Shown: one piece after another, positions 1 to 8,906 of the stretch
Numbering within the stretch: the first letter of the stretch is position 1
How the letters are laid out: every line of letters begins with the position of its first letter
Assembly (NCBI GenBank): GCA_964582285.1
Contig: CAZORQ010000006.1
Span: 14,086-78,085, forward strand
Origin: an uncultured Thermotogae bacterium
Lineage (GTDB): Bacteria; Bipolaricaulota; Bipolaricaulia; UBA7950; UBA9294
Direction of reading: 5' to 3'
Length of the DNA stretch: 64,000 nt
Translations under genes and position numbers: made by a program
Notes under the pieces: model-generated
Told to the model about the DNA's origin: nothing
The model's database searches: none
The model's input: only the letters and a program-made list of their open reading frames with translations

Positions 1-29
1 TGTAGCATTGTGACTGCCTCCCTGTGCTC

Positions 30-806
30 CTAGAAGATCTGGTGTGTCATCATGCCACCGTCGACCTGTAGATTGGCTCCGGTGATCCACTCCGCCGCAT
101 CGGAGGCGAAGAATAGACACGCGTTGGCGATATCCCTCGGCGTTCCAAGACGGGATAGCGGAGCAGCCGCTGTCCAGCGTGCGACGCCTTCCGGCCATGC
201 ATCCTCGATGCCTTCTCTCCAGATCAACCCGGGAGATACGCAGTTCACGCGAATCCCATGCGCACCGAGTTCTCCAGCCGAGGCCTTGGTGAGCATCACC
301 ACACCTGCTTTCGCCGTGCAGTAGTGAGCATGCATCGGCGCCGGGTTCTCCGCTTCGATCGACGCGATATTGATGATCGAACCACCGTTGCCTTGTTCGA
401 CCATCCTCCGGGCAACGACCTGACTGCAGAGAAACGTGCTTCTCAGGTTTGCGTCGATGACGCCGTCCCAGTCGTTCTCGCTCATGTCGATCAGCGTCGC
501 CATCGGATACGCACCGGCGTTGTTCACCAGGATGTTCACTTTGCCAAACGTCTCGATGCAGGTTCCGGCCAACCGCTCGACCTCCGCCTTGCTCGATACA
601 TTGGCCTGCACGGCGATTGCTTTTCGCCCTAGTGCTTCGATCTGACCAACCGTCTCATTCGCTGCGTCATGGCTCGATCGGCACACAACCACAATGTCGC
701 TCCCCGCTTCGGCAAAGCGCAGCGCGATGCCTGCGCCAATCCCTCGCGATCCCCCAGTGACAATCGTTACCTTTCCGTTAAGCACGAATTCACGTCCGTT
801 CCCCAT
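30..806 (-). CDS. SDR-family NAD(P)-dependent oxidoreductase (FabG-like)
   Basis: 258-aa ORF. TGGSRGIG dinucleotide-binding motif, NNAG, and catalytic YCTAKAG (YxxxK). AGGAGGTG RBS upstream of the ATG. Confidence 0.85.
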   Translation of the reverse strand: MGNGREFVLNGKVTIVTGGSRGIGAGIALRFAEAGSDIVVVCRSSHDAANETVGQIEALGRKAIAVQANVSSKAEVERLAGTCIETFGKVNILVNNAGAYPMATLIDMSENDWDGVIDANLRSTFLCSQVVARRMVEQGNGGSIINIASIEAENPAPMHAHYCTAKAGVVMLTKASAGELGAHGIRVNCVSPGLIWREGIEDAWPEGVARWTAAAPLSRLGTPRDIANACLFFASDAAEWITGANLQVDGGMMTHQIF

Positions 807-1071
807 TCGTCCGACACCTCCTGTCAGGTCGTCATACAGATAAGATTCTACCGGATTCCGCTCCCCACGGCGTGTACAGTTTCGCCTTGTTTCAAATCAT
901 GTCTCGTCTCTTGTGCCGACTCACGATGTGCCTCAGAAAGCACTCCCCATCTGAATTGACTCGAGGAGAGGGGGGATCTATTATGGACGTAATGAGGGTC
1001 ACACCGGAGCGTGCGACCGAGAAGGCTCGGCCGCGCAATCCCGAAGGTTCAGGTCGCACAGGAGGTGCACC

Positions 1072-2094
1072 ATGCGTAAGGTAGTTGCTCTGGCGCTAAC
1101 CGCCGTGTTGGCGCTCGGCATCATCGGTCTCGCCCAGGAACTGGGCACGAGAGAGAGGCCGATCTACATGATTCTCGTTCCCTCGACGGAGAGTTCCACA
1201 GTCGAGGAGAACGGAGAGCTCATTGCACAGGCCTTGTCGGAGCGGACCGGCTACTACATCGAGGCTGACGTGAAGGCGGACTACACCGCCATGATCGAAG
1301 CCATGGCTGCGTCGGAAGGAGACACGTTCGGCTTTCCTGCGAGCGTACAGTACCTGCGAATCTACGACCGAACCGGCGGCAACTGCTCAATCCGGCTCGC
1401 ATCGGTGCGATATGGAACTGTTTTCTACTTCGGCGCAATCTACGCTCGCCGTGACAGTGGCATCGAATCGATTCTAGATCTCGACGATAAGGTCTGGGTG
1501 TACAACGACGTCGTTTCGGGGTCCGGTTACGTGATTCCGAAGCAGATTTTCGACACCATCGGGATCGTTCCCAGCGACACGATCGAGACCGGCGGACACA
1601 CCAACACGATCGCCGCCCTCTACGAGGGGCAGGGCGACTTCTGCACCGCCTACTACTCCAAGCCCACGCCGCCCGACGGCTGGACCGGAAGCGAGTGGGA
1701 GTACGGCGACTACATCGAACGGTGGGTCTGGGATCCACATAACGAGGACGTGTACACCGACGATCTCAGCGCAACCTGTCGCGACGTGCGGCGCGCGCTC
1801 CGTAGCACCTACGACTTCGCCGATGTCGTGCGCGAGATCAAGGTCTTGATGCTCGAAGGCGACGAGATCCCGAACGACGGCGTTTGCTTCGGACCGGACT
1901 TCCCGGTGGATGTTGCCGATACGCTTGTGGATGCCATCAAGTGGAACATCGGAACGCAAGCCAATCCGGGTCCTGGCAACGCGCTGTGGGCGGACGAGAA
2001 TTTCTACGAATGGAACGAAGTCACGGATGTCGATGACTCCTTCTACGACAGTCTTCGTACAACGCTTCTCATCCCGATTCCGGACCGCGACTAG
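1072..2094 (+). CDS. phnD: phosphate/phosphite/phosphonate ABC transporter substrate-binding protein (PhnD family)
   Basis: 340-aa ORF with a signal/anchor peptide (ALALTAVLALGIIGLA). PhnD-like core (YMILVPS...DYTAMIEAMA...FGFP...SGSGYVIP). AGGAGGTG RBS. Followed directly by phnC and phnE. Confidence 0.8.
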   Translation: MRKVVALALTAVLALGIIGLAQELGTRERPIYMILVPSTESSTVEENGELIAQALSERTGYYIEADVKADYTAMIEAMAASEGDTFGFPASVQYLRIYDRTGGNCSIRLASVRYGTVFYFGAIYARRDSGIESILDLDDKVWVYNDVVSGSGYVIPKQIFDTIGIVPSDTIETGGHTNTIAALYEGQGDFCTAYYSKPTPPDGWTGSEWEYGDYIERWVWDPHNEDVYTDDLSATCRDVRRALRSTYDFADVVREIKVLMLEGDEIPNDGVCFGPDFPVDVADTLVDAIKWNIGTQANPGPGNALWADENFYEWNEVTDVDDSFYDSLRTTLLIPIPDRD

Positions 2095-2129
2095 TCGCCC
2101 GGGAAACAGAAGGATACAAGACTAGGATG

Positions 2130-2159
2130 GCGGGAGGGAGAGACAAACCTCCCTCCCGC
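2130..2159 (+). terminator. intra-operon stem-loop after phnD (attenuating terminator or mRNA stabiliser)
   Basis: Perfect 11-bp stem GCGGGAGGGAG / CTCCCTCCCGC with an 8-nt loop, followed by TCGTTT. Sits between the binding-protein and ATPase genes. Confidence 0.45.
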
Positions 2160-2179
2160 TCGTTTACAGAAGGTGACCG

Positions 2180-2950
2180 ATGAACCCCCAGCTGGCGGTT
2201 GAATATCTCACCAAGGTCTACGCACGAGGCGAGGTTCTCGCTCTGGATGGCATGAGCTTCACAGTTGACAAGGGCGAGTTTCTCGTACTGATTGGATTGT
2301 CCGGCTCAGGCAAATCGACACTGCTTCGTTGCATCAATCGCCTGATCGAACCCACAGCCGGAACCGTCACGTTCGATGGCGTGGATGTAACCCAAGCATC
2401 GCCCCGCGAGCTACGTCGGGTTCGGCGGCGAATGGCGATGATCTTCCAGCACTTCAACCTCGTGAAGCGCTCGACGGTTCTTACCAACGTGCTGTCAGGG
2501 AAACTTGGGTATATGAGTCCATGGGCATCAGCCGCACACAGATTCACGCGTGCAGACATCGACCGGGCGATGGCGAATCTGGAGCGGGTTGGAATCCCGG
2601 AACAGGCACACAAGCGTGCCGATGAGCTTTCAGGAGGGCAGCAACAGCGTGTCGGGATTGCGCGAGCATTGATGCAGGAACCGGTCATGCTGATGGCCGA
2701 CGAACCGGTCTCGGCCCTGGATCCTGCCACATCGCACTCCGTCATGCAGTACCTTGAGGTGATGAACCAAGAGGATGATGTTACTGTGCTCGCAAGTCTC
2801 CACTTTCTCGGTCTGGCTAGGCGTTACGGAACGAGGATTCTGGCGCTGAAAGACGGGCAGATTGTCTACGAGGGGCTTCCAAGCGACATCGACGAAGTCC
2901 GCTTCAGGGAGATCTATGGTGAAGAAGCAGAGGAAGTCGAGGTCCGCTAG
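2180..2950 (+). CDS. phnC: phosphonate ABC transporter ATP-binding protein
   Basis: 256 aa. Walker A GLSGSGKST, signature LSGGQQQR, Walker B LMADEP. PhnC-typical LLRCINRLIEPTAG and LSGKLGY. Confidence 0.9.
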   Translation: MNPQLAVEYLTKVYARGEVLALDGMSFTVDKGEFLVLIGLSGSGKSTLLRCINRLIEPTAGTVTFDGVDVTQASPRELRRVRRRMAMIFQHFNLVKRSTVLTNVLSGKLGYMSPWASAAHRFTRADIDRAMANLERVGIPEQAHKRADELSGGQQQRVGIARALMQEPVMLMADEPVSALDPATSHSVMQYLEVMNQEDDVTVLASLHFLGLARRYGTRILALKDGQIVYEGLPSDIDEVRFREIYGEEAEEVEVR

Positions 2951-4226
2951 GCGCAATACCTTCCTCAAGAAGGCCAACGCGCTTCGTCCCCGTTTCTTCG
3001 CATTCCTACTGGATTGGGCAGCATGGGGGTACATCGCCTATGCAGTCATGTACTTCCTCAATCTATACTGGTACACCTGGTACGTCAATTGGTACGGAAG
3101 GCTGACGCTTCCCGTTTGGGGATGGCCAATCGTTATCGTGGCAACCCTTGAACTGACTGTCTTGATGCATGCCTTCGGCCACAGCATGGGAATGAGCCTT
3201 TTCGAGCGCCGATTGATCACGACGGATATGGACTACCCGTCGCGAGAACATCGCTGGAAGCGCTTCCTGTGGATGCATGTATCGATTGCGGCTCTTCCGG
3301 TTGCGCTCCTGCAGACCGAGAGCGATGGGACCGTGCTCCACGATCGTCACTCCCAGACTCGCATGCGAGCGTGGAAGGACATCAAGGAGGACCTCCCACG
3401 ACGCAAGCCGCGCGCCTGGATCAAGACGCAATCCGGAATCATGATCCTTGTGCTCGTCGCCGTCACCTTCTGGCTTGGATGGGAGATCACCGAGATCGAC
3501 CTTGCCAACCTATTCAGCCGTGCCGGGATGTCGGCCCGCATCTGGAAGGATCTGATCAACCCCGACTTCGTCCACTTCTTCGAGCCCGAGCCGCAGCTTG
3601 GAGAATCGATTGTGCAAGGTCTGATTGAATCCATCTTCATCGCACTGTTGGCGACCCTCACGGGAGGCATCATCGCGTTCCCGCTGAGCTTCCTCGGTGC
3701 TCGCAATCTCATGGGCTTCAGCCCGCTGGGATGGCTTGTTTACGCTGTCATGCGCGCCTTCTTTAATGTTTTCCGATCAATCGAGTCCATTCTCTGGGGA
3801 GTGGTCTTTGCCGTGTGGGTCGGTTTTGGCCCGTTCGCCGGCGTCCTTGCGTTGATGCTTCACACGATCGCTGCACTCGGCAAGCTCTACTCCGAGCAGG
3901 TTGAAGGCATCGATCCAGGTCCACTGGAGGCTATCGCGTCCACTGGAGGCAGCCGGATCGAGGTCGTGTTGTATGGCGTCATTCCTCAGATCATCCCATC
4001 CTACCTCGCGTTCTCTCTGTATCGGTGGGACATCAACATTCGCATGGCCACCGTTATCGCACTCGTCGGAGGAGGAGGCATTGGCCGGGTTCTCTTCTAC
4101 TACAAGAACCAAGTCGGGTTCCTACCCAACGCGTGGAACCAAGTGGGAGCCGTCGTCATTGCGATTGTCGCTGTCGTCTGGTTGCTGGACTATATCAGTG
4201 GACGTGTAAGGGAGAAGATCATCTAG
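2916..4226 (+). CDS. phnE: phosphonate ABC transporter permease PhnE with N-terminal RDD-like membrane domain
   Basis: The ORF is open from 2862. The preferred start is ATG 2916 (AGGGAG RBS). The C-terminal half has the PhnE signature (EAIASTGGSRIEVVLYGVIPQ...LYRWDINIRMATVIALVGGGGIG). The N-terminal ~200 aa is multi-pass and RDD-like (RFFAFLLDWAAWGYI...GHSMGMSLFERRL). Confidence 0.8.
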   Translation: MVKKQRKSRSARRNTFLKKANALRPRFFAFLLDWAAWGYIAYAVMYFLNLYWYTWYVNWYGRLTLPVWGWPIVIVATLELTVLMHAFGHSMGMSLFERRLITTDMDYPSREHRWKRFLWMHVSIAALPVALLQTESDGTVLHDRHSQTRMRAWKDIKEDLPRRKPRAWIKTQSGIMILVLVAVTFWLGWEITEIDLANLFSRAGMSARIWKDLINPDFVHFFEPEPQLGESIVQGLIESIFIALLATLTGGIIAFPLSFLGARNLMGFSPLGWLVYAVMRAFFNVFRSIESILWGVVFAVWVGFGPFAGVLALMLHTIAALGKLYSEQVEGIDPGPLEAIASTGGSRIEVVLYGVIPQIIPSYLAFSLYRWDINIRMATVIALVGGGGIGRVLFYYKNQVGFLPNAWNQVGAVVIAIVAVVWLLDYISGRVREKII

Positions 4227-4227
4227 C

Positions 4228-5454
4228 ATGAAGGATCGCTACTACGCAGGCTTCATGAAGGAGATGCCGGTTTGGATGAAGAACTTCCGTCATCTTCGAA
4301 AGCCAATGCTTGCGTATGCTCTCGATGCTGTAACCCTTCTCTATGCGTGGACGATCCTCTCGTTCATCTATAACACCTATGCGTATGGCATGCCAAGCTA
4401 CACAACCCTCCCATGGTGGTGGATGCTGCTTATAGTCATCGAAGCGGCAGCTCTCTGGGAGAACTTTGGTGTCTCCTTAGGCTTGAAGCTCCTCGGGATT
4501 CGTGTCGCAACACCGGAAGGCAGCTCGCCCAGATTCGGTCGCCGCGTGGTTCGCTACCTCGTGTGGCACGTCTCCGGACTTCCTCTCATTGGATACATCG
4601 CCTCCAAAGAGGCAACCGCGTGGCATGACTTGGCGAGCGGTCTGCGAATCGTAAGCCAGGAGGATGTTCCGTCGAGGCGCCTTCCTTGGTACCGGAATAG
4701 CTGGTCCGTAGCCATGTTCTTTCTCTTCATCGCGACAATCATCGCAGCGTTTCTCATTACGGAGGTGGATTGGCACGCGCTCATGTCCAACGCGGGGAAG
4801 ACGGCCAACATCTGGAAGGCGTTCCTCAGTCCCGATTGGTCGCTACTGGGTACCGGGTTTCGCCTTCTGCTGGTCACGATTTTCATGGCCTTCATGGCGA
4901 CAATCTTCGCCGTATTCGTCGCCGCCCCCCTGAGCTTCCTTGCGGCGCGAAACCTCACGCAAGGCATCGTGGGAAGAACTATCTACATCGTTGTGCGAAC
5001 GATAATGAGCATCACACGATCGATCGAGCCGATCATCTGGGCGATCGTTTTCGTGGTCTGGGTACGCGGAGGGGCCTTCCCGGGTGTCATGGCTCTGCTG
5101 ATTCACTCCATCGCTGACCTGACCAAGCTCTACTCGGAACGACTGGAGTCAATCGATCCAGGTCCGGTAGAAGCCATTCGCGCCACCGGCGGCAGCAAGC
5201 TACAAGTCATCCTGTATGGCATCCTTCCGCAGATCATCAACCCGTATCTGTCGTTTACGTTGTACCGCTGGGACATCAACGTGCGGATGGCAACGATTAT
5301 CGGCCTTGTCGGTGGCGGCGGAATCGGTCAACGATTGCTGCAGTACACTCGCGTGTGGCAATGGAGCTCCGCCAGCATGATGATGTTCCTCATCATGCTC
5401 GTCGTATGGGTGATGGACTACTCGTCCTCAAGACTCCGTGCGCGTCTCATGTAG
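4228..5454 (+). CDS. phnE: second phosphonate ABC transporter permease PhnE with N-terminal RDD-like domain
   Basis: 408 aa. PhnE signature (EAIRATGGSKLQVILYGILPQ...LYRWDINVRMATIIGLVGGGGIG). N-terminal LAYALDAV...GVSLGLKLLGIRVATPEGSSPRFGRRVVRYL is RDD-family-like. Confidence 0.8.
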   Translation: MKDRYYAGFMKEMPVWMKNFRHLRKPMLAYALDAVTLLYAWTILSFIYNTYAYGMPSYTTLPWWWMLLIVIEAAALWENFGVSLGLKLLGIRVATPEGSSPRFGRRVVRYLVWHVSGLPLIGYIASKEATAWHDLASGLRIVSQEDVPSRRLPWYRNSWSVAMFFLFIATIIAAFLITEVDWHALMSNAGKTANIWKAFLSPDWSLLGTGFRLLLVTIFMAFMATIFAVFVAAPLSFLAARNLTQGIVGRTIYIVVRTIMSITRSIEPIIWAIVFVVWVRGGAFPGVMALLIHSIADLTKLYSERLESIDPGPVEAIRATGGSKLQVILYGILPQIINPYLSFTLYRWDINVRMATIIGLVGGGGIGQRLLQYTRVWQWSSASMMMFLIMLVVWVMDYSSSRLRARLM

Positions 5455-5489
5455 CCGTCGTCCGCCCTGGATGACGGGTTTGGAACACC

Positions 5490-5699
5490 CTAGGATGTCA
5501 GCTGCTCCAGATACTCCCGAATGTCCTCCAACCCAAACGTCGTCTTCAGCGCGACGCTGTCTTCAAACCACGCATCTTTGATCGTGTCGTCCCGGCGAAT
5601 CTCTACATCCTTGATCCCGAAGGACGCAATCATCTTGCTGGCCTCTTCTTCGATCTGTCGATCCTTCACCCGAAACAGAAACCGCGGGAAACTCGGCAT
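5490..5699 (-). CDS. small hypothetical protein (69 aa)
   Basis: The internal ATG at 5699 is preceded by GGAGGTGCGACA. The translation MPSFPRFLFRVKDRQIEEEASKMIASFGIKDVEIRRDD... has normal protein composition. No family recognised. Confidence 0.5.
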   Translation of the reverse strand: MPSFPRFLFRVKDRQIEEEASKMIASFGIKDVEIRRDDTIKDAWFEDSVALKTTFGLEDIREYLEQLTS

Positions 5700-5787
5700 T
5701 GTCGCACCTCCAGAAGGAGAGTATACCTCGTCGGAACACCGATCTTCGATCGCGAAGCTCTCAAGCGCCAGCTGGCCGGAGTATCTT

Positions 5788-6300
5788 CTGGACACGCAAC
5801 CCGAGCCTCACGCCGGCATCAGCGTCCTCCGTGCGACTGCGCAAGATCGAGAGGATCTGGAACAGCTCGTCGCACAGATCGAAGCAGAGGATCATCCCAG
5901 CGATATCGAAGCGGCTCTCCATGCGCCGGAGGGCATGGCCAGAAGCCTGGATTGCTTCGACGCGTTGTCTTGCGATTCGGCTTGGTTCCTGATCGCTCGT
6001 CTGGGAGATTGCCCGGTCGGGCTCGCTGTCTGCACGCGCATTCCCAAACTCGATGACCGCATCGGCTTCCTCTATCTTGACGAGATCCACGCCCTCTCGG
6101 AGCATCGCCGCCAAGGCATCGGCACGGCGCTGATGCGCTCGGTCGCGGATCTGGCCAAAACGCTTGGTCTCGCGGGAGTCCGTCTTCTCACCGAACCGGA
6201 CAACCGCGCAGCACAGGATCTCTACAACTCGCTCGGTGGACAGCGGAGCAAAACGCTCTTGTATCAGATCCCTGTTGTGCCGCGCGATTCATCGCTCTAG
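5788..6300 (+). CDS. GNAT-family N-acetyltransferase (start uncertain)
   Basis: The C-terminal part has the acetyl-CoA-binding motif (LYLDEIHALSEHRRQGIGTALM...DNRAAQDLYNSLGG). No in-frame ATG/GTG/TTG lies between 5700 and 5933. CTG 5788 is given only as a placeholder start. Confidence 0.55.
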   Translation: MDTQPEPHAGISVLRATAQDREDLEQLVAQIEAEDHPSDIEAALHAPEGMARSLDCFDALSCDSAWFLIARLGDCPVGLAVCTRIPKLDDRIGFLYLDEIHALSEHRRQGIGTALMRSVADLAKTLGLAGVRLLTEPDNRAAQDLYNSLGGQRSKTLLYQIPVVPRDSSL

Positions 6301-6311
6301 AATGGGCTCCC

Positions 6312-7631
6312 ATGAATACGGTCGATCTGATTGCCAGCAAGCGTGACGGGAAGACGCTCAATCAAGAAGAGATCCAATACTGGATCAGCGGAACGGTCGA
6401 CCAAACCATCCCCGAATACCAGAGTTCCGCGTTACTGATGGCGATCCGTCTGCGCGGGATGACCGACGAAGAGACGACAATCCTGACCGATATCATGGCT
6501 CACTCGGGTTCGATGTTCACTCCGGAGGATCTGGGCGGCTTCACCGTCGACAAGCATTCCACGGGCGGTGTCGGCGACACCACAACGCTCGTCTTGATCC
6601 CGCTGCTTGCCGCCGCGGGTCTGACCGTTGGAAAGCTGTCCGGCCGAGCCCTCGGACACACAGGAGGCACGATCGACAAACTTGAGTCGATCCCGGGATT
6701 CCGCACGGACCTCTCGCGCGAGCAGTTCCTTGAGCTGGTTCATAGCAGCGGGCTTGCACTCGCCGATCACACCGAGGACATGGTCCCAGCCGATCGGATC
6801 CTCTATGAGCTTCGCGACGTCACGGCGACGATCGACTCGCTTCCGCTGATCGTCGCGTCGATCATGTCGAAGAAGATCGCGGGAGGCGCACAGGGGATTG
6901 TCATCGACGTCAAGGCAGGCGTCGGGGCGTTCCTTCCGGAACTCGAGGATGCCCGGACGTTGGCCAAATCGTTGGTGTCCATCGGCGCAAGACTCGGACG
7001 GAAGATGGCGGCGCTGATCACCGACATGTCGCAACCGTTGGGGCGGATGATCGGAAACGCCCTCGAGGTACGCGAGGCAATCGACACGCTTCGCGGCGAG
7101 GGTCCCGAGGATCTGGCGGAGCTATGTTGCGAACTCGGGGCGGAGCTGGTCGTTTTTGCAGGCGGTGCCGACGGCCGAGACGCCGCGATCGAACGGCTTC
7201 GCGGTCATCTTCTCGATGGCACGGCACTCGCCAAGTTTCGTGAGCTTGTCGTCAACCAGGGCGGAAATCCCGCCGTAATCGAAGATTTCTCGCTCCTTCC
7301 GAGCGCCGCCCGACAAGTCGAGGTCCGCGCATCGCTTGCCGGTACCGTGCGTGCTCTCAACGCACTCGATATCGGCCGTGCCGCAAACCTCCTCGGCGCC
7401 GGACGGTTCACCAAGGAGGCCTCGATTGATCCCGCCGTTGGCGTCGAACTGATCGCCAAGATTGGCGATCGGGTAGCACATGAGGAACTCCTCGCCATTC
7501 TCCACGTCAACGACGAGGTACAGATCAAGACCGCACGCCGGATAATCGAGACCGCCTATGTGATCGATCCGGACGCAGCGACACTCACGGCCCCGCCGCT
7601 CGTGATCGAGCGGATTGTGGGTCACGCTTAG
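6312..7631 (+). CDS. pdp: pyrimidine-nucleoside (thymidine) phosphorylase
   Basis: 439 aa. Hallmark DKHSTGGVGDTTTLVLIPLLAAAG and SGRALGHTGGTIDKLESIPGF. Confidence 0.9.
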   Translation: MNTVDLIASKRDGKTLNQEEIQYWISGTVDQTIPEYQSSALLMAIRLRGMTDEETTILTDIMAHSGSMFTPEDLGGFTVDKHSTGGVGDTTTLVLIPLLAAAGLTVGKLSGRALGHTGGTIDKLESIPGFRTDLSREQFLELVHSSGLALADHTEDMVPADRILYELRDVTATIDSLPLIVASIMSKKIAGGAQGIVIDVKAGVGAFLPELEDARTLAKSLVSIGARLGRKMAALITDMSQPLGRMIGNALEVREAIDTLRGEGPEDLAELCCELGAELVVFAGGADGRDAAIERLRGHLLDGTALAKFRELVVNQGGNPAVIEDFSLLPSAARQVEVRASLAGTVRALNALDIGRAANLLGAGRFTKEASIDPAVGVELIAKIGDRVAHEELLAILHVNDEVQIKTARRIIETAYVIDPDAATLTAPPLVIERIVGHA

Positions 7632-7683
7632 GAGAACGCCGCCGTCCGTGCACCGCTCGTCCTGGCGTACGCCACCTACACCC

Positions 7684-8061
7684 TCACAATGAGAATGCGT
7701 CCGGAAGCAGCGCGCGGAGGGTTGTCCGGACCATCTTGCCTTCCGGGTTCCCCATGATGATCTCGATATCTGGCGCGTGTTCGTGGAGCACCTGCCGACA
7801 GGCGCCACATGGGCGGCAGTGATCCGAGGCGCAGGACACGGCGAGCTTCTTGAACCCGCGCCGTCCGTCGGAGATCGCTTTGAACAGCGCCACACGCTCG
7901 GCACAGATGGAGAGCCCGTTCACGCCGTTCTCCACGTTGACTCCGGTATGGACCGTTCCGTCATCGCAGAGAAGCGCTGCACCCACAGTAAACTCGGAAT
8001 ATACCGCGTACGCGTTCGCTCGCGCTTCGTTCGCCAACTGCAGCAGTTCCTGATCGTTCAT
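7684..8061 (-). CDS. cdd: cytidine deaminase
   Basis: Zinc motifs CAERVALFKA and CRPCGACRQVL. Start ATG 8061 (MNDQELLQLA...) overlaps the upstream stop as TGATG. Confidence 0.9.
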   Translation of the reverse strand: MNDQELLQLANEARANAYAVYSEFTVGAALLCDDGTVHTGVNVENGVNGLSICAERVALFKAISDGRRGFKKLAVSCASDHCRPCGACRQVLHEHAPDIEIIMGNPEGKMVRTTLRALLPDAFSL

Positions 8062-8906
8062 CAGAATCGGATCACGACTCCCAGCACGGCAGCCAGTCCA
8101 CCCGTACGAAGACCCCACCAGTTCGCTTCGGAACTGATCGGGAGAAGGAACCGAACGTCCGCGTAGAGGCGCAAGAACGGCGGTCCGATCTCAAACCCCA
8201 CCACGCCGTGCACCGCGAAGCTCGACCACTCCAGCTCATCGATATGAAGCGCCGCCAGTGCATCGTCCGCCGCGTCGTCCCATTCAGGGGGAAGATCGAG
8301 GTCGATGAGGGGTTGGACCTCTCCGCGCACGAGATCGACGCCTCCCCCAAGCGTGACTGCCAGGACAAGCAGGTCGAACCGTTTCACCACATCGGTCGAC
8401 ATCATCCAAGAGGAGAATACGACGTCGATCAACGCACCGCCGGTGAATCCGTCCATGTCGAACGTTTCATCCACAAGCGGTGCAGGGATCTCCGTTCCAA
8501 CCCATCGCGCCACGCCGCGCAGCAGGTCGTCATTGAGCATCCCCCCGGTGAAGCGAAGACTGTCGACGACGATCAAAGGAAGGGAGAACTCGATCGTCCC
8601 CCCGAGCAGCGGGATAGGAAGGAGAGGCGGGACGGTTTGCCAGAGCTCCTCGATCTGCACGAGTGACTCGTCGACTCGATCCCGGATCTCATCCACTTCC
8701 TCCGGCGCAAGGCCGTAGTCAATCAGTGCGCCTTCCACCCCGGCGAATGCTGCCTCCACCGCGACGGGAACCTGGTCCATGGCCCCAGAGAGGTCGAGTG
8801 TGTACATCGGAACAGCGAAGGTCACTCCTCCCGCACTCGCAGCCACAGCATGAATAAGGACACCGCAAATCGCGACTGCAAGCGCACAGAGCGACCGTTC
8901 CTTCAT
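8061..8906 (-). CDS. secreted hypothetical protein, possibly a beta-barrel outer-membrane protein
   Basis: Start ATG 8906 overlaps the upstream stop (ATGA). Signal peptide MKERSLCALAVAICGVLIHAVAASA. C-terminus ...LRTGGLAAVLGVVIRF ends in Phe with an alternating hydrophobic pattern. No family recognised. Confidence 0.6.
   Translation of the reverse strand: MKERSLCALAVAICGVLIHAVAASAGGVTFAVPMYTLDLSGAMDQVPVAVEAAFAGVEGALIDYGLAPEEVDEIRDRVDESLVQIEELWQTVPPLLPIPLLGGTIEFSLPLIVVDSLRFTGGMLNDDLLRGVARWVGTEIPAPLVDETFDMDGFTGGALIDVVFSSWMMSTDVVKRFDLLVLAVTLGGGVDLVRGEVQPLIDLDLPPEWDDAADDALAALHIDELEWSSFAVHGVVGFEIGPPFLRLYADVRFLLPISSEANWWGLRTGGLAAVLGVVIRF

Noticed and set aside
1-33. An open + strand frame entering from the left edge (CSIVTASLCS-stop at 31-33), considered as the possible C-terminus of an upstream gene.
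   Set aside because: Only 10 codons are visible, which is far too short to support a call.
5521-5787. Using ATG 5521 as the GNAT start, giving the 259-aa ORF as listed.
   Set aside because: The added ~90 aa are Ser-rich low-complexity sequence. They fully overlap a better-supported opposite-strand gene that has a strong RBS.
7122-7904. 260-aa minus-strand ORF overlapping the 3' part of pdp and the cdd gene.
   Set aside because: It is antisense to the well-supported pyrimidine-nucleoside phosphorylase and out of frame with cdd. No motifs.
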